Notes under the pieces: generated by a model
What the model saw: the letters and a program-made list of their open reading frames with translations, nothing else
Told to the model about the DNA's origin: nothing
Database searches by the model: none
Sequence record: OR525698.1
DNA length: 64,000 nucleotides
DNA from: Escherichia phage vB-Eco-KMB43
Direction: 5' to 3' (one strand)
Part shown: positions 34,733-43,781 of the stretch, one piece after another
Position numbering within the stretch: the stretch's first letter is position 1
Layout: every line of letters starts with the position of its first letter
Position numbers and translations under genes: made by a program

Positions 34733-36976
34733 TTACAGCTTACAGGATGAACACTCGCTAGCGTCTTCCGTACCATCTGCACCGTCGCGAACGTTCGCAT
34801 AATACAGGGTTTTCAGACCGTAATATTGAGCAAACAACATATCATCTAACACATCAGCAATATCGACTTTACCAGTCTTATAAGTGCTTGGATCGTATGA
34901 TGTATTGGAACTAATCGCCTGATCCACAAACTTCTGCATGATCGCTGCCAGTGTCAGATAAGGCTTGTTACCTTTCTTGATCAGTGTCCAAAGCAGGTCA
35001 ATAACATCAGCATTATTCTCTACGTTCGGAATAACCTGATTAAATTGCCCTTCTTTCGATCCTTTAACCGATACAATCCCGCGAGGCGGTTCAATACCAT
35101 TTGTGCTGTTAGACACCTGAGAAGATGACTCACAAGGCATCAGCGCCGAAAGCGTACTGTTACGAATGCCATATTTTTTCAGGTCTTCGCGCAGTTCTTC
35201 CCAATCCATCTCATACACCGGATCAACCAGTTCATCTACTGTCTTTTTGTACCAGTCGATAGGAAGTTCACCGCGACCGTAGCGTGTTTCGTGCATCAGT
35301 TCGCAAGCACCCTTCTCTTTTGCGAGTTGCACACTAGCCTTAATCAGAGCATATTGCAAGCGTTCAAACGTTTTATGCGTAAACTCGTTAGCGTCTTCAT
35401 ATGTGAAGAAATTATCTGCTAGATATGATGCAAAGTTAGTAACACCAACGCCCAGAGAGCGACGTTTTTTGGCTGTCAGAGCTTGTTCTACAGGATAATC
35501 CTGATAATCTAACAGGTTGTCAAGTGCACGCACCATAACCATAGCAATGCGTTCTACTTCTTTCATGTTTTCGATATCGAAATTACCTAAAACATATGCT
35601 GCCAAAGTGCATAGGCTGATCTCTGAATCATCACGACCCATCGGTTTAGTAGGCAGTGCAATTTCACAACACAGGTTAGATTGTTTAATCGGTGCTACAT
35701 TACGAATAAACGCCCCGTGATTGTTCATGTTGTCTGTGAACGTTGGGTAGATTCGACCAGTGTTAAAACGTTCAATTGCCACCGCTAAAAACAGGTCTTC
35801 GGCTTTAACACGAGTTTTACGAACACTCGGATCTTTTTCCAGTTTTTCGTAAAGCTGGCGGAAACCTTCCTCATCTCGGAAGTACAGATCCCACAACAAG
35901 CCACCTGCAACATCTGGACTAAACAGAGTAATGTAATCCCGTTTAAGGAATCGCTCTACCATCAGGTTATTAATCTGTACGCCGTAGTCAAGATGGCGAA
36001 TGCGGTTATCTTCCACGCCCTTATTGTTCTTTAACACAATCAGACTTTCAAACTCTAAATGCCACATTGGGTAATAGAGTGTCGCTGCCCCGCCACGAAT
36101 ACCGCCTTGTGAGCATGACTTAACGGCAGTCTGAAAATGTTTCCAGAATGGGATAACGCCAGTATGACGAACTTCACCATGCCCGATCTTAGATCCTTCC
36201 GCGCGAATCATACCAGCATTGATACCGATACCAGCACGCTTGCTAATATACTTGATGATTGCATTTGCTGTTTCGTTGATGCCCTGCAATGAATCATCAG
36301 ATTCGATCACCACACACGAACTAAATTGGCGTGTTGGGGTACGCACACCTGCCATAATCGGAGTAGGCAGAGAGATTTGCTTATTCGCAACAGCATTATA
36401 AAAATCAATCACATGTTCAAGTCGATTTTCTGTCTCTTCTTGATGCAAGCACATACCGATCAGCATATACGCAAATTGCGGTGTTTCGATGATTTTCTTA
36501 GTGCTGCGATCCTGAACAAGATATTTCTCTTTTAACTGCATCGCACCAGCATAGGTCATTTTAAAATCAAGTTTATGGTCGATGAATTTCTCCAGATATT
36601 CCACTTCTTCACGGGAATATTTTTGCAGAATTTCGCGATCATATTTTCCGGTTGCAATATTACGCTCAATATGGCTATAAAAATCAATAGGTTGGAATTG
36701 ACCGTATACTGATTTACGAAGCGCGAACATTGCAAGGTTACTTGCTACATATTGATAATCAGGTGTTTCTACAGTAATGTTATCTGCGGCGACCTTAATC
36801 AATACTTTCTGGATATCATTGGTAGACATACCTTCTGTCAGAAGTGGTTCAACCATATCAAACAATTCATATGGATCAACGTTATGACCTTCGGCTGCCG
36901 CTTCCAGAATTTTCATTACTTTTTCTTTTTCAAACGGAACAGTCAGACCGGAAGACTTAACAACATTTTTAATCAT
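34733..36976 (-). CDS. nrdA: ribonucleotide reductase class Ia alpha subunit
   Basis: 747 aa, ATP-cone N-terminus, active-site NLCCEI, C-terminal CSSCKL. Confidence 0.9.
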   Translation of the reverse strand: MIKNVVKSSGLTVPFEKEKVMKILEAAAEGHNVDPYELFDMVEPLLTEGMSTNDIQKVLIKVAADNITVETPDYQYVASNLAMFALRKSVYGQFQPIDFYSHIERNIATGKYDREILQKYSREEVEYLEKFIDHKLDFKMTYAGAMQLKEKYLVQDRSTKKIIETPQFAYMLIGMCLHQEETENRLEHVIDFYNAVANKQISLPTPIMAGVRTPTRQFSSCVVIESDDSLQGINETANAIIKYISKRAGIGINAGMIRAEGSKIGHGEVRHTGVIPFWKHFQTAVKSCSQGGIRGGAATLYYPMWHLEFESLIVLKNNKGVEDNRIRHLDYGVQINNLMVERFLKRDYITLFSPDVAGGLLWDLYFRDEEGFRQLYEKLEKDPSVRKTRVKAEDLFLAVAIERFNTGRIYPTFTDNMNNHGAFIRNVAPIKQSNLCCEIALPTKPMGRDDSEISLCTLAAYVLGNFDIENMKEVERIAMVMVRALDNLLDYQDYPVEQALTAKKRRSLGVGVTNFASYLADNFFTYEDANEFTHKTFERLQYALIKASVQLAKEKGACELMHETRYGRGELPIDWYKKTVDELVDPVYEMDWEELREDLKKYGIRNSTLSALMPCESSSQVSNSTNGIEPPRGIVSVKGSKEGQFNQVIPNVENNADVIDLLWTLIKKGNKPYLTLAAIMQKFVDQAISSNTSYDPSTYKTGKVDIADVLDDMLFAQYYGLKTLYYANVRDGADGTEDASECSSCKL

Positions 36977-37024
36977 ATTACCTCACTTCATATTTTAGCA
37001 GGAACAAGTTTTATCCTCCATATT

Positions 37025-37045
37025 GGGGGCTTTCGCCCCCTTTGT
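37025..37045. terminator. GC hairpin GGGGGC-TTTC-GCCCCC between td and nrdA (terminator-like)
   Basis: Perfect 6 bp stem; T-run only on plus strand while genes are minus; function uncertain. Confidence 0.3.
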
Positions 37046-38278
37046 TTATACTGCCATTTGAGCGGTGATCGCTGGATGGCTTTGATAGTTGTGAATTTTA
37101 AAATCTTTCGGAGTCTTTGTCAATACCTCATCTAAAGATTTAAATTCCGGCAACTCAATTGTTGGTTTATCAAACGGAACACGGCTTAACTGTTCCATAA
37201 CTTGATCAAAATGGTTTTTGTAAATGTGAGTATCTCCACCAGAGAAAATCAGTTCTCCTACCTCAAGATCACACATTTTCGCTATGATGTGAGTTAACAG
37301 CGCATAGCTGGCGACGTTAAAGGGCAAGCCCAAAAAGCTGTCTACGCTTCGCTGAAACCACATACAAGACAGTTTACCTTCATTGACGTAGAATTGTACG
37401 AACGGATGACATACACCCAATACAGCATTATGTGTTCCTTGTACGTTCCATGAGTCAATGATGATACGTCGATCCGTTGGATTGTTTTTAATTTGTTCAA
37501 TCACGTTTTGTAACTGGTCTTCCCAAATCTTCGGGCGATAGACATATTCTTCATCGTCTTTAGTGCTTGATGTGTCTACGTCCATACTAACAAACATCGT
37601 GGTATCCGGTGCTATAATATCCCCACCCAGATAATCACTATCAAGCAGATAACCGAAATAACCATCATCTACCCATTCCTGGAATCCCCACAAGCAATAT
37701 GCATCATTAACAAAATTAGATTGAGTCTTCCAGTGGTCTGCTACTAAGAATTGATTATATTCAGAATCAAACTCTTCATAACGCATACCACGCCAGATAG
37801 CACATAAACGGTCTTCTGTGTCATTAGTTGGCGTAAAGTCTTCTACCCACGGGTGCTTAAATGTATGTGTATATTTGCTCTTAACGCGCTTAATTTTGAT
37901 TTCACCATGTGGATGAATCGGTTTGCGTCGCCACGCCATACCATACATATTTCCGACATTATAACCATTGAATCGCAATGGATTCTTTTCTTTCATATCA
38001 AGACAGTTGCCGCGCCAAATATCAAAGGCTTCCTCGTCAAACTTGCCGCGTGTAATTTCCTGTAAGCGACGGCGGTCAAGTGATCCCTCCATAAACCATA
38101 GCAATTCGCCAATTACAGAGGCTGTAGCCATCTTTTTAGTGGTCAGTAATGGGAAACCCTTGCTTAAATCAATTCGCATCTCTGCGCCGAATTTAGAGAG
38201 CGTACCTACCCCCGTGCGGTCTTCACGAGGACAGCCATTATCAAGAACATCACGCAATAGTTTCAAATATTCTTTCAT
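37046..38278 (-). CDS. td: thymidylate synthase with ~125 aa in-frame insertion
   Basis: N-terminal DRTGVGT, FPLLTTKK; catalytic region RRIIIDSWN...CHPFVQFYV...LGLPFNVASYALL; 410 aa versus ~286 in T4. Confidence 0.8.
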   Translation of the reverse strand: MKEYLKLLRDVLDNGCPREDRTGVGTLSKFGAEMRIDLSKGFPLLTTKKMATASVIGELLWFMEGSLDRRRLQEITRGKFDEEAFDIWRGNCLDMKEKNPLRFNGYNVGNMYGMAWRRKPIHPHGEIKIKRVKSKYTHTFKHPWVEDFTPTNDTEDRLCAIWRGMRYEEFDSEYNQFLVADHWKTQSNFVNDAYCLWGFQEWVDDGYFGYLLDSDYLGGDIIAPDTTMFVSMDVDTSSTKDDEEYVYRPKIWEDQLQNVIEQIKNNPTDRRIIIDSWNVQGTHNAVLGVCHPFVQFYVNEGKLSCMWFQRSVDSFLGLPFNVASYALLTHIIAKMCDLEVGELIFSGGDTHIYKNHFDQVMEQLSRVPFDKPTIELPEFKSLDEVLTKTPKDFKIHNYQSHPAITAQMAV

Positions 38279-38519
38279 CCCACATCACCTTTTTCTTATT
38301 GATTGCTTTCTTACGCAGTTTTGCTACTGTCTCGTCAATGTCTATAAAGATAACACCACGGTCGAATATAGTAGCAGGTCTTGATATATCGCTATTTTCT
38401 TGCACAGGAAGCCATGATGCGCTCGCTTCATCATAGAGATATTGTAAACCGTAATAATCTACGGCTACTGCGTAGTTTTCACTGGTAGCTGACCATAATT
38501 GAATAATACCGACTTTCAT
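38250..38519 (-). CDS. hypothetical protein
   Basis: ORF between frd and td; ATG 38519 overlaps upstream stop (TAATG). Confidence 0.4.
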   Translation of the reverse strand: MKVGIIQLWSATSENYAVAVDYYGLQYLYDEASASWLPVQENSDISRPATIFDRGVIFIDIDETVAKLRKKAINKKKVMWDERIFETIA

Positions 38520-38611
38520 TATTGTTCCCGTCCACAATGTAAACACCGACTACCAGCAAACATCAAAGATTCACCACAATGTTTGCACTCATAATCTGTC
38601 AGAATTTTCAT
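38519..38611 (-). CDS. tiny zinc-ribbon peptide (30 aa)
   Basis: MKILTDYECKHCGESLMFAGSRCLHCGREQ; coupled to frd stop. Confidence 0.3.
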   Translation of the reverse strand: MKILTDYECKHCGESLMFAGSRCLHCGREQ

Positions 38612-38612
38612 G

Positions 38613-39194
38613 TTACGCCTTCTTACGTTCTAAAATTTGTTCGCTGATCAGGTAATCATCAAGGAAGTAATTATGTTCTTCTTTTGTTGCAAAGTCAAAA
38701 TATAATTCCTGAATCATTTCCTTAGAGATGCCAACATCATATTCAAACGGATCATTAATTCCTGATCGTTGAACATACGTTAACACAATACGGTCCGCAA
38801 AGTCAACTGCTTTTTCAATCAGGGAAGGTCCGCCAATAACGCTTACCAAACCTTGCAATTTCTCTATGACTTCTAATAATTCCTTCAATCCACCATCATT
38901 AGTAATCGCGGTATACACATCTGGTTGGTCGCCGTTTTTTGCTTTCGGTGCTGGCTTACTGGTATCGGTGCTAACAACCACATTCACACGGCCTTCCAGT
39001 GCTTTAGGTAGACTTTCAAAGGTATTACGTCCCATTACAACCGCCGCAAGATCAACATCTCCCATAGTGCGCATTTTAAAGTTTTCCATGTCCTTTTTGA
39101 TTGGACGTCCCCACGGTAAACCGCCTTTAAAACCAAAAGCCCAATTTTCATCTGACATTTTAGTATCACCAATCGCAAATACACATTGAATCAT
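38613..39194 (-). CDS. frd: dihydrofolate reductase
   Basis: 193 aa, GLPWG motif, same length as T4 Frd. Confidence 0.85.
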   Translation of the reverse strand: MIQCVFAIGDTKMSDENWAFGFKGGLPWGRPIKKDMENFKMRTMGDVDLAAVVMGRNTFESLPKALEGRVNVVVSTDTSKPAPKAKNGDQPDVYTAITNDGGLKELLEVIEKLQGLVSVIGGPSLIEKAVDFADRIVLTYVQRSGINDPFEYDVGISKEMIQELYFDFATKEEHNYFLDDYLISEQILERKKA

Positions 39195-39209
39195 AATATA
39201 AATCTCCTA

Positions 39210-39539
39210 TCAAACCAGCTTGAGATAGTTTTCGTTAACGTTTTCTTCTGTGATCTCGGTTTTAAACTCATTACCAACATCAGGAGAAACATAATAGCGT
39301 TCGGAATAATCACGCCACATTTTCAGTAGGCTGACACCAACATTAACACCATTTTCCCAGAAACGGAAGATAATTTTATTTGCGGTGTAGCGGTAATCGC
39401 TTTGAATCAAGCTGCCATCACCGCGACGTGATTCATAAACCGTAATACATTCACGGTTAGCGGCTTTAAGACATTCTTCAATAGTGCCGCATGAGATAAT
39501 TTCGGTTGAGTCGTTTACGATTTGTTCTACAGTCCACAT
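39210..39539 (-). CDS. hypothetical protein (109 aa)
   Basis: ORF behind PeSL. Confidence 0.5.
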   Translation of the reverse strand: MWTVEQIVNDSTEIISCGTIEECLKAANRECITVYESRRGDGSLIQSDYRYTANKIIFRFWENGVNVGVSLLKMWRDYSERYYVSPDVGNEFKTEITEENVNENYLKLV

Positions 39540-39570
39540 AATATAATCCTCTCTTTGTTTCGATGTGTGT

Positions 39571-39598
39571 ATTATACATTACCACATCAGCATGTCAA
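39571..39598 (-). promoter_or_regulatory. early promoter (TTGACA ... TATAAT)
   Basis: Hexamers upstream of 39210-39539 ORF. Confidence 0.5.
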
Positions 39599-39629
39599 CA
39601 CCTTTTTCATAAAATTTTAGGCAATAAAA

Positions 39630-39655
39630 AGCCTCCCCGAAGGAAGGCTTTAAAA
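39630..39655 (-). terminator. terminator after gene 32
   Basis: Imperfect hairpin AGCCTCCCC-GAAG-GAAGGCT with A-run. Confidence 0.5.
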
Positions 39656-39660
39656 ATTCA

Positions 39661-40684
39661 TTACAGATTCAGAAGTGAGTCCAGGTCATCCAGATCAGAA
39701 GCGGAGGAAGTACCGCCACCCAGATCCAGCGATGCCATCAGGTCATCAGCGGAAGAATCTAACGCCGTGCTAGCTGCGTTAATACCAACTACAGTGCTAG
39801 CTGCGGTAATACCAGAATCGAATGCATTCATCTGTGCGTCAAAATCGTCAAGCTGGCTGTTAATCGCTGCCGCAGCACTGGAAGCCGCAGCGCCAGCTAC
39901 CATAGAAACGCCCATAGTTTTCTTAAATTTGGTTTCCAGTTCATCGAACGGTTTAAACTGGCTAGGCGCTACAATCTCACCCAGATCAACCATGTTTTCC
40001 ATCAGATATTTCTGATATGCTTCGTCTTCAATTTTCGGAAGCTGTGATTGCTGCATGAAACGAGAATCATCATAGTTCTGGTGTTTATCAACCTTCTTAG
40101 CTTTCAGGAGGAAGTTAGCACCGGAGAACACACAAGTTACATCTACCGGAACTTCGCCCATGTCGGTATTCACGTTCACCATTGCAACGATCTTATCATA
40201 AATTTTCTGACCGAAGCGGAATTTGAATACCTTACCTTCATTTTCTGGTGCTTGAGGATCTTTCAGTACCAGAATATTTGCGTAGTAAGACGCTTTACGC
40301 TTAATCAGTTGCCATTCGGTTTTATCGGTATTGTACAGGTCTTTTTCGTTAATATATTTGCACACAGGGCAAGAATCAAAATCACCGTGGGTGCTGGAGC
40401 AGTTTTCCCAATACCATTTGCCATTAACTTTGAAGGAATGGTTTACCAGTTTCACAATCGGCAGACCGTCTTCTGTCTTAGACGGCAGGAAGCGAATCAG
40501 GGCTTCACCGTTACCTGCTGCATCAGTCTTAATCTTCCACTCTTTCGGATCTTCTTTGGAGAAACCGTTGCCACCTTTCAGTGTTAATCTTCCACTCTTT
40601 CGGATCTTCTTTGGAGAAACCGTTGCCACCTTTCAGTGAGGCCAGTTGAGCTTGCAGTTTGGAAGAATCTTGGCGTTTAAACAT
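39661..40684 (-). CDS. 32: single-stranded DNA-binding protein gp32, reading frame disrupted by 55 bp tandem duplication
   Basis: ATG at 40684 ([23 protein letters not shown]...) matches T4 gp32 N-terminus; frameshift inside the duplication gives a stop; remainder of gp32 is in the ORF-track frame 39661-40629. Confidence 0.85.
40529..40638 (+). repeat. perfect 55 bp direct tandem duplication (2 copies) inside gene 32 5' region
   Basis: 40529-40583 identical to 40584-40638; 55 is not a multiple of 3, so gene 32 is frameshifted. Confidence 0.95.
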
Positions 40685-40720
40685 ATTCACTATTCCTTCT
40701 TTTGATTAATTTACTAGACT

Positions 40721-40748
40721 ATTATACAGATTTAAATTTACTTGTCAA
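40721..40748 (-). promoter_or_regulatory. sigma70-type early promoter for gene 32 (TTGACA-16-TATAAT)
   Basis: Minus strand reads TTGACAAGTAAATTTAAATCTGTATAAT upstream of gene 32 ATG. Confidence 0.55.
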
Positions 40749-41425
40749 CTATTTGTTTCGGCTTTTAATTGAGATATTTCTTTACACTCTTTAACTACTT
40801 TAACAAATAATGCTCTTGCTTTTGCGGCGTCAATAACAAGTAGTTTCTTGTACGCCTTCATTTTAACACTATAAGTTTGCCAAATCAAGTCTTTGGCTAC
40901 CTTGTCGTGTTCGTCGATTATATTTAGAAAGCTATCTAACAACATAAACGACTCAAACGATATAATCCGATTTTGCAGTAGTTTAAAGATACCGCTTGTT
41001 TCGGTTGTGGGATTGTATGTAATTAGCTCTTTAAGAGTAACCCCGCGTTTCTCGGAGAAGTATACCAGACTTTTAATGTCATCGTCAAATCGTGTTGCTG
41101 CATCGGTTATCTTTCCTATGTATTCCATATAAAAGCCGTATGCGTCAACATCAGTGATTTCACCTACCCATGCATCGGTATTAGCTACCAGATTGCTTAG
41201 GAATAGGAAGTATAATTCTCTTAGATTGTACTTTTCCGCTAATTTTGCGAAATAATACTTATCTCTGCGTTTATTGAATGCGGCATCAGACAACCGCATC
41301 CTCCAATTGTATTTTACGCAATCATAACGCCCGTTCATGTGAGCTTTCATCATGCAATATAACATATACACAGATTTAGCATTAATTCGCATATCTGGAT
41401 CTGGAGGAAGACGGTTTCTGATCAT
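40745..41425 (-). CDS. 59: helicase loader gp59
   Basis: 226 aa, similarity to T4 gp59 (KSVY.LY, HMNG.YD, YNW.MR.SDAA). Confidence 0.8.
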   Translation of the reverse strand: MIRNRLPPDPDMRINAKSVYMLYCMMKAHMNGRYDCVKYNWRMRLSDAAFNKRRDKYYFAKLAEKYNLRELYFLFLSNLVANTDAWVGEITDVDAYGFYMEYIGKITDAATRFDDDIKSLVYFSEKRGVTLKELITYNPTTETSGIFKLLQNRIISFESFMLLDSFLNIIDEHDKVAKDLIWQTYSVKMKAYKKLLVIDAAKARALFVKVVKECKEISQLKAETNS

Positions 41426-41434
41426 ACATACCCC

Positions 41435-41704
41435 TTAAATATCGAGAGTGTTGGTCGGTTCGTCGATCACTCCCTTCCTGAGCGTTCTATTTACTATACA
41501 TTCTTGTGTGATCTTGTCAATAATGGACACCGGAATATATTTCTGATAGTGACCATATTCGATAGAGTTTTCCTCTACAAACTGAGTGGTCGCTTCAAGA
41601 TAAGTCAATCCCTCTTCAACAACCAGTTTTTCGATTGCAAGACCGTTTGCTGTTTTATTCGCGGCTTTTACCGCATGTTCATTAAGCATTGAACACCCGA
41701 TCAT
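41435..41704 (-). CDS. 33: late transcription co-activator gp33
   Basis: 89 aa, motif YLEATT.F.EENSI shared with T4 gp33; position after gene 59. Confidence 0.6.
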   Translation of the reverse strand: MIGCSMLNEHAVKAANKTANGLAIEKLVVEEGLTYLEATTQFVEENSIEYGHYQKYIPVSIIDKITQECIVNRTLRKGVIDEPTNTLDI

Positions 41705-41957
41705 AGAGTTCTACCGCTTCATCGCGTTCTGCTTCGAAGGTTTCGCGCTGTTGCTGGTGATACAGTTTAAACAGAATGCCCCACATTTTACCGTCTACGC
41801 CTAATTCTTCTTTAGCACGCTGTTTGATCTCTTTGATCTTATCGCCGTATGCTTCTTGAATGGTTTTCTGATCGCTGGCTTCTTTAATCAGTTGTGCCAG
41901 GGTATTTCCGTGTACATTTTCGTCAAATACTACTTTTTCTTTTTTCTGTTCAGTCAT
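41682..41957 (-). CDS. dsbA: DsbA-like late transcription dsDNA-binding protein
   Basis: 91 aa basic/acidic protein at T4 dsbA position. Confidence 0.55.
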   Translation of the reverse strand: MTEQKKEKVVFDENVHGNTLAQLIKEASDQKTIQEAYGDKIKEIKQRAKEELGVDGKMWGILFKLYHQQQRETFEAERDEAVELYDRVFNA

Positions 41958-41961
41958 AATA

Positions 41962-42561
41962 TTAACCCTCTTTCGTCATTAATTGAAAACCACGTTCAGC
42001 TTTTGAGATTTCGCTAGGACGTAAATCGTCACCCACATATTCTAGCATCATTTCTCGGATAATGTCAAGTGCTTTTTCATCACCTGATTTTAACTCGAAC
42101 TCAAGTTCATAATGAGCAGTGTCGCCCAATCCTTCGCCTACTTTGCCATAATAGAAAGTGTCTTTGCACATTTCCACTATACCACAACCCATATCTAGAG
42201 TCAATGACTTGCGATATGTCATTACTTGCATTGTTGTAGTGATATAGTCTGAGTTTACCCCTATACTATCAATAAAATGGACAAACTCATCCCAATTTGA
42301 AAATGTAATTTCCTCGCGGTTGAATAGTCCAGATTCATTATCACCCATTTTGACCATGATCTCTGATTTTCGACAGTCAAGTCGTGCATAAATTCCTTTT
42401 TGACGTAGCGCATGATCTTCGGTATCATAATAAAATTCGTGTTTTAGAATGTTATCTCGGTCTAAGAGATTGTATCCGTCATACATTGCCACCCACAAAT
42501 CACAGATGGTTTCGACGCCAATTTGTGAGTGTGCATAGTATTTTAATTCAAGTTCTTTCAT
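41962..42561 (-). CDS. CYTH-like domain protein (triphosphate tunnel metalloenzyme family candidate)
   Basis: N-terminal ExExK (MKELELKYY) and C-terminal YELEFELK acidic strand motifs, ~200 aa. Confidence 0.4.
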   Translation of the reverse strand: MKELELKYYAHSQIGVETICDLWVAMYDGYNLLDRDNILKHEFYYDTEDHALRQKGIYARLDCRKSEIMVKMGDNESGLFNREEITFSNWDEFVHFIDSIGVNSDYITTTMQVMTYRKSLTLDMGCGIVEMCKDTFYYGKVGEGLGDTAHYELEFELKSGDEKALDIIREMMLEYVGDDLRPSEISKAERGFQLMTKEG

Positions 42562-42571
42562 ATGTCAACCC

Positions 42572-43519
42572 TTAGAACTCACCAATTTTCTGCAACATTT
42601 TAACTAACGCATTTGTTACAAAATAGTTATAAATTTTACCGCGTGGTGCTGGTTTAGATTTTTCCCATGACTCCAGAATCTGATTCTGAATATCATCTGG
42701 GATGTAATCGAAATCAATAAGTTCGCGGTTTTCGTCAAATCGTCGTGCTTCTTCCTCTGTCATCAAAGACTTTGGATCTTCGGCATCGAAAATTTGCTCC
42801 AACCATTTGGTTGGAACTGGTTTAGCTCGTTCCCCTTCCAGTCGAGAGATAATGAAATCACTACGACACTTGACAGAAGCCACACCGTCTTTTGCGTCAC
42901 CCTTAACACATTTTACCATAAGGTCTTTGTAAGGGCTACCATATTTGCATTTCTTCCATGCTTTCTGTACTGGCGCCCACTGTTTCACATTTTTGTATTT
43001 GTGCAACTGTGTGTAGTCACCATCGCCGGAGTTGATTAGCACCTGACGACCTTCTACAGAAAACTTTTTAGTTAACACAGCGATTATATCATCTGCTTCA
43101 ACTTTGTCAACCTTAATAACGTGATAAGGCATGTTCTCTTTAAACTCTTCGGTGATCTTATTGATCGCAGCAAAGATCATCTCCCAATCACGCGGATCTG
43201 CGTCTCGTTTTTCCTTACGGTTGCGTTTATAGTAAGGTGCGATATCACGTCGCCAGTAACCTTTGCTTGAATCAAAAGCAAGTACCGTGATTGGGTATTG
43301 ATCTTTGAATTTTGTCATATTATAACGCATGGTGTCAAGAATAAGATGACGGATCATGCCTTCATTAATAGGATCTTCCGGTTTAAAGGTATGCGAGATA
43401 GTAGCAATCATAAGCTGCGACATATCAATCAAATGCACACCTTCCGGCAGTTTATCTTCTGGATCATCAAAGAAATCATTAAGTGTAGCGGTAGTTTTTG
43501 TAAACGGGTTATACGTCAT
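42572..43519 (-). CDS. rnh: RNase H / 5'-3' exonuclease (FEN family)
   Basis: 315 aa, acidic catalytic clusters (DDIIAVL, SGDGDYTQL), T4 rnh position. Confidence 0.85.
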   Translation of the reverse strand: MTYNPFTKTTATLNDFFDDPEDKLPEGVHLIDMSQLMIATISHTFKPEDPINEGMIRHLILDTMRYNMTKFKDQYPITVLAFDSSKGYWRRDIAPYYKRNRKEKRDADPRDWEMIFAAINKITEEFKENMPYHVIKVDKVEADDIIAVLTKKFSVEGRQVLINSGDGDYTQLHKYKNVKQWAPVQKAWKKCKYGSPYKDLMVKCVKGDAKDGVASVKCRSDFIISRLEGERAKPVPTKWLEQIFDAEDPKSLMTEEEARRFDENRELIDFDYIPDDIQNQILESWEKSKPAPRGKIYNYFVTNALVKMLQKIGEF

Positions 43520-43521
43520 AA

Positions 43522-43707
43522 TTAAGTTCTCTCCACTCTCACAACAACAGACTCATCAAACGAGCTAGATACTTCACGATCATACCCGTATTTCTCCATA
43601 ACTCGCAGAATTGCATTGTTTAGTTCTGCGCGAAAATAATTGTAATCCTTATCAGGGATTCGGTCAACTACCCATTTTGCACCGTCTGACAAATCAACTT
43701 TAACCAT
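43522..43707 (-). CDS. hypothetical protein (61 aa)
   Basis: ORF between rnh and gene 34. Confidence 0.4.
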   Translation of the reverse strand: MVKVDLSDGAKWVVDRIPDKDYNYFRAELNNAILRVMEKYGYDREVSSSFDESVVVRVERT

Positions 43708-43745
43708 AATATATCATCCTCTTTTGTTTCTATCAAGCCTTATTT

Positions 43746-43753
43746 TATAAATA
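43746..43753 (+). promoter_or_regulatory. T4-type late promoter TATAAATA (gene 34)
   Basis: Exact TATAAATA ~29 nt upstream of gene 34 start. Confidence 0.6.
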
Positions 43754-43781
43754 TGAACATACTATAAAAGGAGACCCAATA

